This document shows positions 20,454-29,049 of a stretch of DNA of 64,000 nucleotides, piece after piece (the first letter of the stretch is position 1; every line of letters begins with the position of its first letter). The translations under genes were made by a program, and so were the position numbers. Source of the DNA: a virus. The stretch lies in IMG/VR virus record IMGVR_UViG_3300037095_000059, one strand, 5' to 3'. The notes beneath the pieces are model-generated. The model had not been told where the DNA came from and did no database searches. It saw only the letters and a list, made by a program, of their open reading frames with translations.

Positions 20454-20969
20454 TTAGTAGGGGGTAACGATTATGTCGAAGGTTGCTGCCGCTGTTGCGG
20501 GGTGCGTTACCACAAAACTTCCAGCAGACTTGGACGAAATATAGGTGGAGGTGAGCATTGTTGCAGCCGCCGCGTTGGTGGGTTGTACAGAAAAATGGCT
20601 AGTGCTTAAAGCTCCTGCGAGGATGACCGTGTCCGTTGTGTTTGCGGTTGTAGTCAGAGAAGCAACTAGAGGGCCATTCTGCACAACATTCACAAGCGTC
20701 AGCAAAGCTCCGCTCGGGGAGGAAATGGTTTCGGTAACTGAGTAGTTCAGGGGGATATAGTAGTCATAAGCTCCTGTTACATCGGCTACCACCAAGGACC
20801 CAATGATAGAAATGGACAGCCCTGGGTCGGAATAAATGATTGCCGCATCCCCGGTAGAAGTCAAGGTAACATAGATCGAAGCACCAGGGACAACCTGTTG
20901 CTCTATTCCTGCCTGTGCCCGGGCCGTAACAGAGCCAAAGCGGTGGTATCCGGTTGTGACAACTCCCAT
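20454..20969 (-). CDS. fibre-module protein, 171 aa
   Basis: Track ORF. The N-terminus (TTGYHRFGSVTARAQAG...YDYYIPLNYSVTE) parallels the mature N-terminus of the 994-aa protein. The C-terminus parallels 12610..13113. Confidence 0.6.
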   Translation of the reverse strand: MGVVTTGYHRFGSVTARAQAGIEQQVVPGASIYVTLTSTGDAAIIYSDPGLSISIIGSLVVADVTGAYDYYIPLNYSVTETISSPSGALLTLVNVVQNGPLVASLTTTANTTDTVILAGALSTSHFSVQPTNAAAATMLTSTYISSKSAGSFVVTHPATAAATFDIIVTPY

Positions 20970-21724
20970 TATGAATCTCCTGTGATTAAAATCTTAGCGC
21001 CTTTTGAGAAGTTTTCTTTCTGCCAGAGAGGCTGGAGGTTTGTATAGTGGCAGACGTGAAGAACGTCTTCTCTCTTAGTGAGGTCATGCACCGCGAAAGG
21101 AATAATGTGGTCTATGTTCCATTTGTCATCGCCCGCACCATAGTTGTCCCAGGACATCCCCGATTGAAATTTAGATTCTAGGTATACTTTTAGTTCCGCA
21201 GCGGTACACCCCAAATCTCGTACAGCGTGGCCCGTTTTATACCCTTGTTTAAGGAGCTTTTTTAGGCGAACGCGAAGGTTAGTGGCAATTCTTACCTGAG
21301 GGTTGTTAGTCCTTCTTTGCCTCACATAAAGGTTTCGCTCTTCTTGATATTCCGGACCCTGTGCTTTTACCCACGCCCTTTGACTAATTCTTTTTCGCTC
21401 TCGCTGCTCTTCGGTGGGTTCCTCAAATTTTCTTATCGTTGCCCAATAGATAGCGTTTCTTACGGACTGCTCTTTCGCATGAGTTTTTCTGTACTCAGCC
21501 AATTCTTCCGCATGTTCTTTGCGATAAATCGTATGATAGGATTTTATTTCTTCTTCGTGTTGTTTGGCGTGTTTGGCGGAGTATGCTGCTCTTTCTGGTT
21601 TATGTTCTTCATAATACTTTTTGCTGTCTTCGGACCTACAGGGCTTACATCGAACCTTTCCGGGAGAAAAGCACGAAATATCTTTTTCAACCCCACACTT
21701 AGCGCAAACCTTAGTCATCGTCAA
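20969..21724 (-). CDS. HNH homing endonuclease
   Basis: Track ORF. N-terminal Cys-rich finger and C-terminal WNIDHIIP...HYTNLQPLWQKEN HNH-N motif. Sits between fibre genes with 1-4 nt overlaps. Confidence 0.8.
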   Translation of the reverse strand: MTMTKVCAKCGVEKDISCFSPGKVRCKPCRSEDSKKYYEEHKPERAAYSAKHAKQHEEEIKSYHTIYRKEHAEELAEYRKTHAKEQSVRNAIYWATIRKFEEPTEEQRERKRISQRAWVKAQGPEYQEERNLYVRQRRTNNPQVRIATNLRVRLKKLLKQGYKTGHAVRDLGCTAAELKVYLESKFQSGMSWDNYGAGDDKWNIDHIIPFAVHDLTKREDVLHVCHYTNLQPLWQKENFSKGAKILITGDS

Positions 21725-22659
21725 CCGCGCCCTTGCTGAACTTGCATCGTTTGGCGCATAGAGGCTAACTTACTGTCCAGCCACAGGTTACGTTGTGTAA
21801 TGTTTAATCCTTCGGACACTCCTACTAAATCTGTGAGGAAAAGCTGCAAGGCTCCCTGAGAGCGGGGGTCACCGCAATACTCGGCGCACTTCGCCAACAT
21901 TCCCTCGTTGTAGATATACGATAGGTAGTCTGGTACGGGGGACCACGTTTGCGTGAGCGCGGAGAATTGAGGAGCAGATTTCTGGTACTCGACAACAATG
22001 TTGTAAATCTTGTCCGGGGCCGGGGTAAGGCGGAAGGTTATGTTGTCGGATGTGTCTCTGTATTGCGCCGCAATCCTGGTCATTTGGTTGGGCAGCGTCT
22101 CCGCCCCCATAACCAATTCGTTCTGCAACTCGAAAGCGTAGTATCCGCTGCTCGGGTCGTAGGCCACAGCTTTTTCGATCCATCCGAAAGAGGGTAGATT
22201 GACTTTGTAGTCTGTATTCCCGATTATAGTGGGAAAAGTTGGAACAGAAGGCGAGGCCCCCGCTCGGTTCCAAGACCAGGCGAAGGGGGGAGCAAGAATA
22301 GTCTGCATCACCCAGTCTGCGTTCGAGAAGGCGGGGTCAGAAGACGTGGAGGTGTTGACCTTCAAGCCGGACCCGGTCCCCCCTGTAGTGACAACTCCGG
22401 TGGCTCCGTTGATGTACCCAGCCCCGCCGGTAAGAACGTTTAGTCCGGTTACTGGACCTGTTGCTCCACCCCCACTGATATTGGTTACTTGCGCGGTTCC
22501 GCCCGAGCCCCCAGCCACCGTAACAACATCCCCAACGGTGTACGCAGTTCCACCCGCGCTGACCGTCAGGCTAAATAGCGCGGAGAAAGTCAGCGGGCGG
22601 TTGTACAGGTATTGCTGGGCCAATCCAATGGTCCTAGACAGTTGTATGGTGCTTGCCAT
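21721..22659 (-). CDS. structural protein with Gly-rich N-terminal domain, 312 aa
   Basis: Track ORF. Related in layout to 16268..17362. Confidence 0.6.
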   Translation of the reverse strand: MASTIQLSRTIGLAQQYLYNRPLTFSALFSLTVSAGGTAYTVGDVVTVAGGSGGTAQVTNISGGGATGPVTGLNVLTGGAGYINGATGVVTTGGTGSGLKVNTSTSSDPAFSNADWVMQTILAPPFAWSWNRAGASPSVPTFPTIIGNTDYKVNLPSFGWIEKAVAYDPSSGYYAFELQNELVMGAETLPNQMTRIAAQYRDTSDNITFRLTPAPDKIYNIVVEYQKSAPQFSALTQTWSPVPDYLSYIYNEGMLAKCAEYCGDPRSQGALQLFLTDLVGVSEGLNITQRNLWLDSKLASMRQTMQVQQGRG

Positions 22660-23065
22660 TCTTTGGCCTCGGGGGAATGAGTTTCTTGGGGAGGGTTTTG
22701 CGGATGACCATCGTTATCTTTTGCGTTTGGTTTTCGAGGGTTCCCATGAACAACGGGGTCGTTGTCAGGGACAGATGCGGGTGCATCCAATCCTGAAACG
22801 GGTCAACAAAGATATGGACCATCTCATGCACGACTGCCGTGATTAAATGGTCCATTTCTCCCGCTTCAAAATCTAACCGGGACTGCCTATAAAACGTCAG
22901 GGTGGAGTACATATACAAGGAGTTGATGTCGTTCTCCGCATACGTGCCTATTTTGTCTTCCGCCTCGGAAAACTCGACAAGGATCGTCCACCCGGACAGA
23001 TTAAAGTAGTCCGAGAGATTCTCTACGAAACCAACAACCCAGCTTTCGTAAGCTGATCTCTTCAT
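22634..23065 (-). CDS. HExxH (HEMVH) metallopeptidase-like protein, 143 aa
   Basis: Track ORF. The only support is the single AVVHEMVH motif. Confidence 0.45.
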   Translation of the reverse strand: MKRSAYESWVVGFVENLSDYFNLSGWTILVEFSEAEDKIGTYAENDINSLYMYSTLTFYRQSRLDFEAGEMDHLITAVVHEMVHIFVDPFQDWMHPHLSLTTTPLFMGTLENQTQKITMVIRKTLPKKLIPPRPKNGKHHTTV

Positions 23066-23080
23066 GTTTACCCTTCGGAA

Positions 23081-23731
23081 CTAGCTATCGCGCAGAACTG
23101 ATTTATCCAGAGCGTCCGCGTAGTTCAACACAGTGCGCTGGCCCGCAGAAGACATCTTGCCAAACTGCGGCTTTCTCCGCCACTCCATGTACCTCGGATT
23201 GTCGGGCAGAAGGATGTCCTGGCAGATGCTGCAAACGCCGACTTCTACGCCGACATCGTTGCGGTGCCACTGGTAGGACGTTCGTCCTTGAAGGTCCTTG
23301 AAACCCTCGCCGATCTTGTTACTGCCCGCGATGTGCTCGCAGATACCGTGGAGATACTCGTCGTTGCGTTTCTTCGTGCGCTCCAAAGCAATCTGACGGT
23401 CCTGGAACAGCTTCTCGTTTTCTTCGTCAGCGACCTGCTTGCGGGACTTGAGCGGAGCTTTGGGTGTCGCCAGGTCCTTGATGGCTCCGGCCAGTTCGGC
23501 GGTGGCAGATTGGGACGCCAGCAACTGCTTCTGCATCGAAGCAATAATGGTGAGCAAATCAGTTTGCGTCAAGGCAGGTAAAGTTTCGGGTTCGGCCTGG
23601 GTTTCCACAACTTCGTTTTCAACGGCTGTTGAATCAACGGATTCGGGTGAAACTGGGTTCTTGCGGGGTCTTCCTGCGGGCATAGCGGTCTCCTCGGGCA
23701 AATCCGGCCCGGCGGGTTGGGTTGTGTCCAT
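23081..23731 (-). CDS. hypothetical protein, 216 aa
   Basis: Track ORF. The start ATG GAC lies in a motif copy. Confidence 0.6.
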   Translation of the reverse strand: MDTTQPAGPDLPEETAMPAGRPRKNPVSPESVDSTAVENEVVETQAEPETLPALTQTDLLTIIASMQKQLLASQSATAELAGAIKDLATPKAPLKSRKQVADEENEKLFQDRQIALERTKKRNDEYLHGICEHIAGSNKIGEGFKDLQGRTSYQWHRNDVGVEVGVCSICQDILLPDNPRYMEWRRKPQFGKMSSAGQRTVLNYADALDKSVLRDS

Positions 23732-23740
23732 TAGCTGGAC
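23726..23740. repeat. 15-bp motif copy
   Basis: GTCCATTAGCTGGAC; supplies the ATG GAC start of 23081..23731. Confidence 0.9.
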
Positions 23741-23743
23741 TGA

Positions 23744-24415
23744 TTAGTTTTGATTGCGGTACTGACGGAGTTTCTTGTACCAAATGGAGTTCTCTCCGCC
23801 GGACGGGGGTCCGAATTCGGCGAGAACCTGGGCTTCGGTCAAAATCTTCTTCTCGATGAAACGCAGAAGAATAGACCGCCAGCCTATATGAGAAGCTCTA
23901 AGCATAATATCGCGGGCCCGGTCGAACTCGTACTTCGAGAATTCGGGCATGACACCGAGAGTAGCATACCCGGCGTAAGCGAAAGTGTTGCCGCCCCATT
24001 CGGGTTTGGCTGTGCCGGACGTGGCGTAGAGGGCTATGTCCCCAAGGATTCCGCCTTGCGTAATATAGAGGGCTGTGTACAGGTGATGGAGCTTCTGGAG
24101 GAATAACGAGCAGTCCATCGGGCGGCCTGTGCGGTCTTGGTGGAAGAACTCTTGATCTTCGTGTCTTTGGCGACGAGTTCCGGCAGAGTTATAGTTCATC
24201 TCCTGGAGACGGGCCGTGTGTTCTTTGAGGCTGAGCCGGGGTTGGGCGAGGCACCAAGAGCACTGGTACTTGCGTCCGCCCTCGCAAGAGGAGTCTCGGT
24301 CGAAGAAATTCCAGGTCAGGAGACGGAAGCAAGAACTACACTCGCGGCCCCGGACCTCGTTATCTACCCCGGCTTCGTAGTTTATAACGTCGTAGTCGGA
24401 TTGAATTAGTCCCAT
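23744..24415 (-). CDS. hypothetical Cys-rich protein, 223 aa
   Basis: Track ORF 23744..24538 trimmed to ATG 24415, which forms a TAATG overlap with the groES stop. Confidence 0.55.
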   Translation of the reverse strand: MGLIQSDYDVINYEAGVDNEVRGRECSSCFRLLTWNFFDRDSSCEGGRKYQCSWCLAQPRLSLKEHTARLQEMNYNSAGTRRQRHEDQEFFHQDRTGRPMDCSLFLQKLHHLYTALYITQGGILGDIALYATSGTAKPEWGGNTFAYAGYATLGVMPEFSKYEFDRARDIMLRASHIGWRSILLRFIEKKILTEAQVLAEFGPPSGGENSIWYKKLRQYRNQN

Positions 24416-24696
24416 TAGAGAACCCCGAGTATTTCTTCCTCGCGGAGAATAAGCAAGTCCTCTCCGTCGATCTTGACCTCGGTTCCAGAATACTTTCCAA
24501 ACAGAACCCGGTCCTTGACAGAAACATCGACGGGCCACAACTTTCCATCACTTCTCCAAACGCCTTTTCCTATTGCAAGAACTTCCCCTTCTAAAGGCTT
24601 TTCTTTGGCTACGTCTGGTATATAAAGTCCGCTCTGAGTCTTCTCTTCGACTTCGACGACTTTAACTACTACTCGGTCGCGCAAGGGCTTAAACAT
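24415..24696 (-). CDS. groES: co-chaperonin GroES (Cpn10)
   Basis: [27 protein letters not shown]...GEVLAIGKG...VKDRVLF aligns along its length with bacterial GroES as I recall it. Start taken at the second Met of track ORF 24415..24714. Confidence 0.85.
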   Translation of the reverse strand: MFKPLRDRVVVKVVEVEEKTQSGLYIPDVAKEKPLEGEVLAIGKGVWRSDGKLWPVDVSVKDRVLFGKYSGTEVKIDGEDLLILREEEILGVL

Positions 24697-24725
24697 ACAA
24701 ACTCCTCTGTCCATTTCTCGGGCGG

Positions 24726-24986
24726 TTAGTTGGGGAGCCAGAGCTTTGGCTCAGGTTCTTTGTTCGGGTCGGGGAAAGCCTCGTTCAGCTTGGCCTCAAT
24801 TTCCTTGACCGTTGCTTCTGCGAGTTGGTTGTCCTCCGCAGAGTCGGCGTTGACAGCAATGTCTCGCTCAAGAGTAATCGAGCCGTCTTCACCTTTTACA
24901 ACAAGGGCAAGGACGTGGCCTATGACCCCATCATAGTATTTGGTGTGGTCTATATCCGACGTTTCTACACCTATCGTGATTGCCAT
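24726..24986 (-). CDS. hypothetical acidic protein, 86 aa
   Basis: Track ORF. GAGGTAAA RBS upstream. Confidence 0.55.
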   Translation of the reverse strand: MAITIGVETSDIDHTKYYDGVIGHVLALVVKGEDGSITLERDIAVNADSAEDNQLAEATVKEIEAKLNEAFPDPNKEPEPKLWLPN

Positions 24987-24999
24987 TTTACCTCACTTA

Positions 25000-25014
25000 G
25001 TCCATTAACCGGAC
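25000..25014. repeat. 15-bp motif copy
   Basis: GTCCATTAACCGGAC; 14 nt upstream of the start at 24986. Confidence 0.9.
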
Positions 25015-25102
25015 AAACTTCTTGTCTTGGAAATACTAATGATTCCCAGATACGGAGGCCCAGCCGTTTGCCAGCGGGCTTCCGTATCGTGGGCGTGTGC
25101 CA

Positions 25103-25840
25103 TTAGATAGTCGAAAGCGTGAACTCCAGAGGAGTCACCTTGACCACAGCACCTGCAACGGTTGTGTACGTCAGCGTTGCGAAGAAGTTCAACGCTGTGT
25201 AGGCAACTACCGAGGCTCCCGCTGTGTAAGCACGGGTGGCGTAGGTGGGTGTGGAGCCGTAAGCTGGGCCGTAGTGTACCCCGAAGTATTCACCACCCAG
25301 AATCTGCGTGGTAGAATCCCAGAAGAACGAAGCGCCTGCCAAGAAGTTGTAGGTTCCAGTCGCCGCTGTTGTGGTTCCGGCTACCGAGAAGAGAGCAGCC
25401 GAAGCGGAAACGAGGGCGGCGTTTCCACCTGTACCAGCAGCCAGCGCGGTTGCCATAGTAGCCGCAGAACACTGATATACGTTGATAGTTGGGGCCACAG
25501 AGCAAGCACCAACCGACACCACATACCGGCCTTGAATCTCTAACGCGAGGGGGTGACCGTCGAAGCTGGACGAACTAAAGAATGGAGACGCCCCGCGATC
25601 CTCGCCGGTACGACCAAAGTTGTTCTTCAGCGCCGCCGCGTTCCGGTTAATGTCAAGCGGAGTTTTGGTTCCGATTACCGAAGTCTGAAGAGGGACGCTG
25701 GCAAAGTACGGAAGGTTAGTTCCGGAGTCGGTCTGAACCTGGAACAGACCAGTAGAGGCCGAACCTGAAGTTGCTGTCACGGTTGCGAAAGTGTTGCGTG
25801 TTGTGCCGAATCCGGCAGAAGAGAAGGAATCAGAGTTCAT
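25103..25840 (-). CDS. structural protein, 245 aa (paralog of 43428..44060)
   Basis: Track ORF. Shares FDGH..., F(F/L)WDS(T/L)T(Q/K)IL and LNF... blocks with the 210-aa protein. Confidence 0.6.
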   Translation of the reverse strand: MNSDSFSSAGFGTTRNTFATVTATSGSASTGLFQVQTDSGTNLPYFASVPLQTSVIGTKTPLDINRNAAALKNNFGRTGEDRGASPFFSSSSFDGHPLALEIQGRYVVSVGACSVAPTINVYQCSAATMATALAAGTGGNAALVSASAALFSVAGTTTAATGTYNFLAGASFFWDSTTQILGGEYFGVHYGPAYGSTPTYATRAYTAGASVVAYTALNFFATLTYTTVAGAVVKVTPLEFTLSTI

Positions 25841-25906
25841 TTTGTGTCCTTTGTTGGTTGGTTGCCTTGTTCGGCTGTTGAGGTCATTTCGGCCATAAGC
25901 CCGAAA

Positions 25907-26542
25907 TTATGTTATTGTCTCCGCGTGGGAACCCGGAGCCTTCAGGGGTTTGAAGATAGCCTCGGCGTCGAGCTTGGACCCGTTGAAGAAAATTGCAACC
26001 GCTCCGCCAGGCTCCACTAGAAGGGCGGTATGCTTCCCTTTTAGTAGCGTTCCTATTTCATGGATGATTGACGAGTGCGCAACAATTAACGGGGGAACCC
26101 CGCACTTAGAAAACAACTCTACTGCTTCTTGCAGGCACGGGCCAATTCTTTGCTTGAAATCGTTCAGAGATTCTCCGCCCGGAATAGGGGTATCGGGGTC
26201 ATCCAAGTATGTTTGAAGGTTGGCTTCGGACTCGGGAGTGCGCTTCTGACCCGAAAATTCTCCTACGTCGAGGGCCTGCAAAGCCGCAGATGTGTGTACT
26301 TGGGCGTGCTCGACTTCGGCTATGATGTCGGCTGTCTGAGTTGCTCTTTGTTTATCGGAGCAAAAGATGTGGGAGATTTCTATTGGCGCAAAAAGCTCGG
26401 CCAGTTCCCGCGCCTCTTTTACGCCCACCGAATCGAGGGGAGGGTTTGCTTGCCCTCGGAACGAATTTGAGGCGTTCAAGGCTGTTCTGCCATGTCTGGC
26501 AACGAAGCAGACCGCAGTTCCTTTAGGGATTTTCAGTGGCAT
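25907..26542 (-). CDS. histidine phosphatase (phosphoglycerate-mutase-like) family protein
   Basis: Has the VARHGRT (RHG) motif and a later VAHSSIIH. Start moved to ATG 26542, preceded by GGAGAA. Confidence 0.7.
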   Translation of the reverse strand: MPLKIPKGTAVCFVARHGRTALNASNSFRGQANPPLDSVGVKEARELAELFAPIEISHIFCSDKQRATQTADIIAEVEHAQVHTSAALQALDVGEFSGQKRTPESEANLQTYLDDPDTPIPGGESLNDFKQRIGPCLQEAVELFSKCGVPPLIVAHSSIIHEIGTLLKGKHTALLVEPGGAVAIFFNGSKLDAEAIFKPLKAPGSHAETIT

Positions 26543-26834
26543 TCGGTTCTCCGAATAAGTTTTTGGTGGTAAACCCGGCCACCATCGGCCCGGGGCCCGG
26601 CTCGGGCGCAGGATAATCAAACTGAAGTTCTCCCATTTCGGCTTCTAGTTCCCGGACAAACTCTCTCAGGTCTTCGTGTTCGGCGTAGGGGGATTTTCTT
26701 GCGAGAAGCAGTTCGACCGCGAACTTCCGGTAGTCGTGGGGGGCACTGTCGTTACGGGCCACATCCCGGAGGATCGAATCAGTAAGATGTTGCAGGTGGG
26801 AGTAGTGGTCGTCGAGCGGGTCTGCTAGGATCAT
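26523..26834 (-). CDS. hypothetical protein, 103 aa
   Basis: Track ORF trimmed to ATG 26834, preceded by AAGGAAA. Confidence 0.45.
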   Translation of the reverse strand: MILADPLDDHYSHLQHLTDSILRDVARNDSAPHDYRKFAVELLLARKSPYAEHEDLREFVRELEAEMGELQFDYPAPEPGPGPMVAGFTTKNLFGEPNATENP

Positions 26835-27061
26835 AGGTTTCCTTGGTCTTGGGTAACGGACGAGAAATAATGTAAAAAGTGCGGGCCGATGAACTCTCGG
26901 TTTTGGACCGACGTTGCCCGGTTCGGCTTCTGAGCGGACAAGCAGGGAGATCGTCCGTTGCTTAACCAACTCGTCGTCCTTACCTGCCGGAACAATCTTG
27001 CCTCCGCTCTAGGGCTAGTAGAGAAGCGGTTTGACCCCTGCTGAACAAAGGCCCGCTGGAA

Positions 27062-27076
27062 GTCCATTAACTGGAC
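27062..27076. repeat. 15-bp motif copy
   Basis: GTCCATTAACTGGAC; intergenic. Confidence 0.9.
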
Positions 27077-27169
27077 TAAACTTGAAGGAGCGGGGGTCGG
27101 AGAAAGGAGAGAAGCCGACCCCCGGGACCGCCGCGAAAAGGAGGAGTATGCGCGACGGTCGATCTTGAT

Positions 27170-27391
27170 TTAACTTACTCTAGTAATTTCGTGCCCACCC
27201 TTTACAAAGACCTGGTGGAAGAATTTTCCGTGGCTGTCCGCTTCTCCAAACGCTATGGCCTTGTCTTGATCGACATTCTGGACAGCGAAGGTTCCGTCGT
27301 TGAGCTTGACGGTCAAGCGTTGGGCTCTCGGGTCGTACCGGGCCTCATGTACGTTCGTGCTCGGCTTCAAGCGCATGGGGATGTCGGCCAT
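27170..27391 (-). CDS. KTSC-domain-like small protein, 73 aa
   Basis: Pattern ...ARYDPRAQRLTVKLNDGTFAVQNV...AIAFGEADSHGKFFHQ resembles the KTSC family as I recall it. Confidence 0.5.
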   Translation of the reverse strand: MADIPMRLKPSTNVHEARYDPRAQRLTVKLNDGTFAVQNVDQDKAIAFGEADSHGKFFHQVFVKGGHEITRVS

Positions 27392-27516
27392 TACTTCTCT
27401 GCCTTCTTGTCCACTTTTCGGGCAACGAGTCGTCCATCAGGAAGTCGTAAAGCAATACCCACGTGTTTGGGAAGGGGCCGGAAATCGGGAAGAAATAGAA
27501 CGTAGTGCTCGTCCAT
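27391..27516 (-). CDS. micro-ORF, 41 aa
   Basis: TAATG overlaps at both ends. Called on coupling only. Confidence 0.3.
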   Translation of the reverse strand: MDEHYVLFLPDFRPLPKHVGIALRLPDGRLVARKVDKKAEK

Positions 27517-27608
27517 TAGTTGGGCTCCTTTATGTTGGCCCCAAAGGCCAGGTAGGTCAGAAACCCGAAGCAAGCCGCCAACCCGAGTATGGTTAGGAAG
27601 AGGAGCAT
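27516..27608 (-). CDS. micro-ORF, 30 aa, hydrophobic
   Basis: MLLFLTILGLAACFGFLTYLAFGANIKEPN; TAATG overlaps at both ends. Confidence 0.3.
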   Translation of the reverse strand: MLLFLTILGLAACFGFLTYLAFGANIKEPN

Positions 27609-27721
27609 TACTTTTTCTTCGGCTTCTTCTTGGTCTTCGGTCTGGGTTTGGTTCCGTAGTAGACAGCGGTCGTGCTGGGAAGTGCGGCGGACGTTACTGC
27701 TGAGGCGGGGCTGGCGGGCAT
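27608..27721 (-). CDS. micro-ORF, 37 aa, Lys-rich tail
   Basis: MPASPASAV...KPRPKTKKKPKKK. Overlaps its neighbours. Confidence 0.3.
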   Translation of the reverse strand: MPASPASAVTSAALPSTTAVYYGTKPRPKTKKKPKKK

Positions 27722-27861
27722 GTGGGCTCCAAAAGTTTTTCTGCTTCTTCGAGATATTCTTCGCACTGAGAACAAGTACAACCGCAATCTTCGTCGAGCC
27801 AAAGGTGGACAAGGAACCGAAATCTCTCGCAGGCTGACTTGTATTTTTCTAGGTCGGTCAT
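27694..27861 (-). CDS. Cys-rich small protein, 55 aa
   Basis: MTDLEKYKSACERFRF...CGCTCSQCEE. ATGA overlap with the GIY-YIG stop. Confidence 0.4.
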   Translation of the reverse strand: MTDLEKYKSACERFRFLVHLWLDEDCGCTCSQCEEYLEEAEKLLEPTCPPAPPQQ

Positions 27862-28664
27862 GGGGTCTCCACGTTCTTGACTCGAATTTCTTGTTCGGGG
27901 CCGAAGCCTACGCGGTTTGATAGCTGGTAGCCCAAAGCGACCGGGGGTTGCTGGAAGGAATCGAGAGGGAAAGTTGCTCTTCGGCGATCCCAAGCTCTCT
28001 CCATACTGGCTTTAATCTTAGCCTTGGTCTCTTCCGTCTGTTTTGTTCCCAGTTTGTGGTTTCCGGTGTGGTTCTTGGCGATGTTCGCTCGTCCTTCGGG
28101 AGTATGATGCTTTCCCGTATTAGCGGCGGACATGCGGGCCGCGTACTCGGGGTCTTTCCATCTTTCTTTGCATTTGTCCCCGATTAACTTCTTAATTTCA
28201 TCCGTGTGGGGTTGACCCAGGTCGTGGCGACCAAACATCGGGTTGCGCTCCCCGACTAAAAGACCTTTACGGGATTCTGAAGCTCGCTTCTTGTTCTCGG
28301 GGTTCTGCCACCACTCTTTGCTCTTCTTTGAAATCTTAACTTTGTTCTCTGGGAGGTGTCTACCAGCCCGACCACCCAACATTCTGTTATATCCAACAGA
28401 GGGGTCGGTGGCATTAAAATGAGCGATGTAGAAGGTTTCGAGTTCGTTGCCCTCTTCTCGACTGGGCGCCTCGTCTATTTTCTCAATAACGAAGGAGTCT
28501 TTTCCGTGGTCTCGAATTGCTTGGTGAAAATCTTGTGGGGCCTTCTTAACGAGGGCGTCGTACAAATGACGACTCCAACGCCTCCGCAGAATCTGTACCG
28601 TCTGCCCGACGTAGATAATACCGTTAGTCGAGTCTGTGACTTTGTAAATGCTTACTGTTTCCAT
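27858..28664 (-). CDS. GIY-YIG homing endonuclease (I-TevI-like, NUMOD3-type repeats)
   Basis: SIYKVTDSTNGIIYVGQT...RRWSRH...N is the GIY-YIG core. Repeated G..H(T/S)(P/E)E.(K/R).K(I/L) DNA-binding repeats follow. Confidence 0.85.
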   Translation of the reverse strand: METVSIYKVTDSTNGIIYVGQTVQILRRRWSRHLYDALVKKAPQDFHQAIRDHGKDSFVIEKIDEAPSREEGNELETFYIAHFNATDPSVGYNRMLGGRAGRHLPENKVKISKKSKEWWQNPENKKRASESRKGLLVGERNPMFGRHDLGQPHTDEIKKLIGDKCKERWKDPEYAARMSAANTGKHHTPEGRANIAKNHTGNHKLGTKQTEETKAKIKASMERAWDRRRATFPLDSFQQPPVALGYQLSNRVGFGPEQEIRVKNVETP

Positions 28665-28741
28665 TTTGTCCTCATCTTGCCATGAGGGTTTGGGGCCGAG
28701 GGCAAGCTCGACCCCTTACCGTCTGATTCGAATCTACTTGT

Positions 28742-28769
28742 ATTATACCACACTTTCATGCTTCTGCAA
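28742..28769 (-). promoter_or_regulatory. sigma70-like promoter upstream of the GIY-YIG gene
   Basis: Minus strand reads TTGCAG-16 nt-(TGg)TATAAT. The GTGTGGTA-TATAATA core is shared with the promoter at 31209..31237. Downstream hairpin CCTCAT-GGCAAG-ATGAGG covers the GAGGA RBS. Confidence 0.5.
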
Positions 28770-28824
28770 CAAGTATTTTCGAACTATTTTCGTCCTAGCT
28801 GGACGATGTCTGCGCCTGAATACG

Positions 28825-29039
28825 CTGTCTGTTACCCGTTTAGAATCAACGGACTGACTCATTTCTGGTCAGTTCATACGGTTTTCTTTCCCGTATGGTC
28901 GGACTATTGCATGTCCTTTCGGACCCACTTCGCTTAGTCTCTCAGCCTGCTTTCGCTTGGCCCTCCTTGGCATTTCAGCGTCGGAGTCAATCAGAAGGGG
29001 TTTATCCTGCGCCGTTGTGTTAACGCAGTGTCATTGTAG
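28825..29039 (-). mobile_element. group I intron-like core, copy A (approximate ends)
   Basis: Minus strand reads CACTGCGTTAACACAACGGCGCAGG...TTCTGATTGACTC...GCTGAAATGCCAA...GAGAGACTAAGCG...GCAATAGTCCGACC...GGTAACAGACAG. Clearly similar to copy B (not quantified) and carries the AGACTAA / ATAGTC core elements. Confidence 0.5.
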
Positions 29040-29049
29040 AACCCGGCGG

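Noticed and set aside
28799-28811. GTCCTAGCTGGAC, and 27511-27525 GTCCATTAGTTGGGC, as further motif copies
   Set aside because: The spacer length (N5) or the second arm does not match. They were noted only as possible decayed copies.
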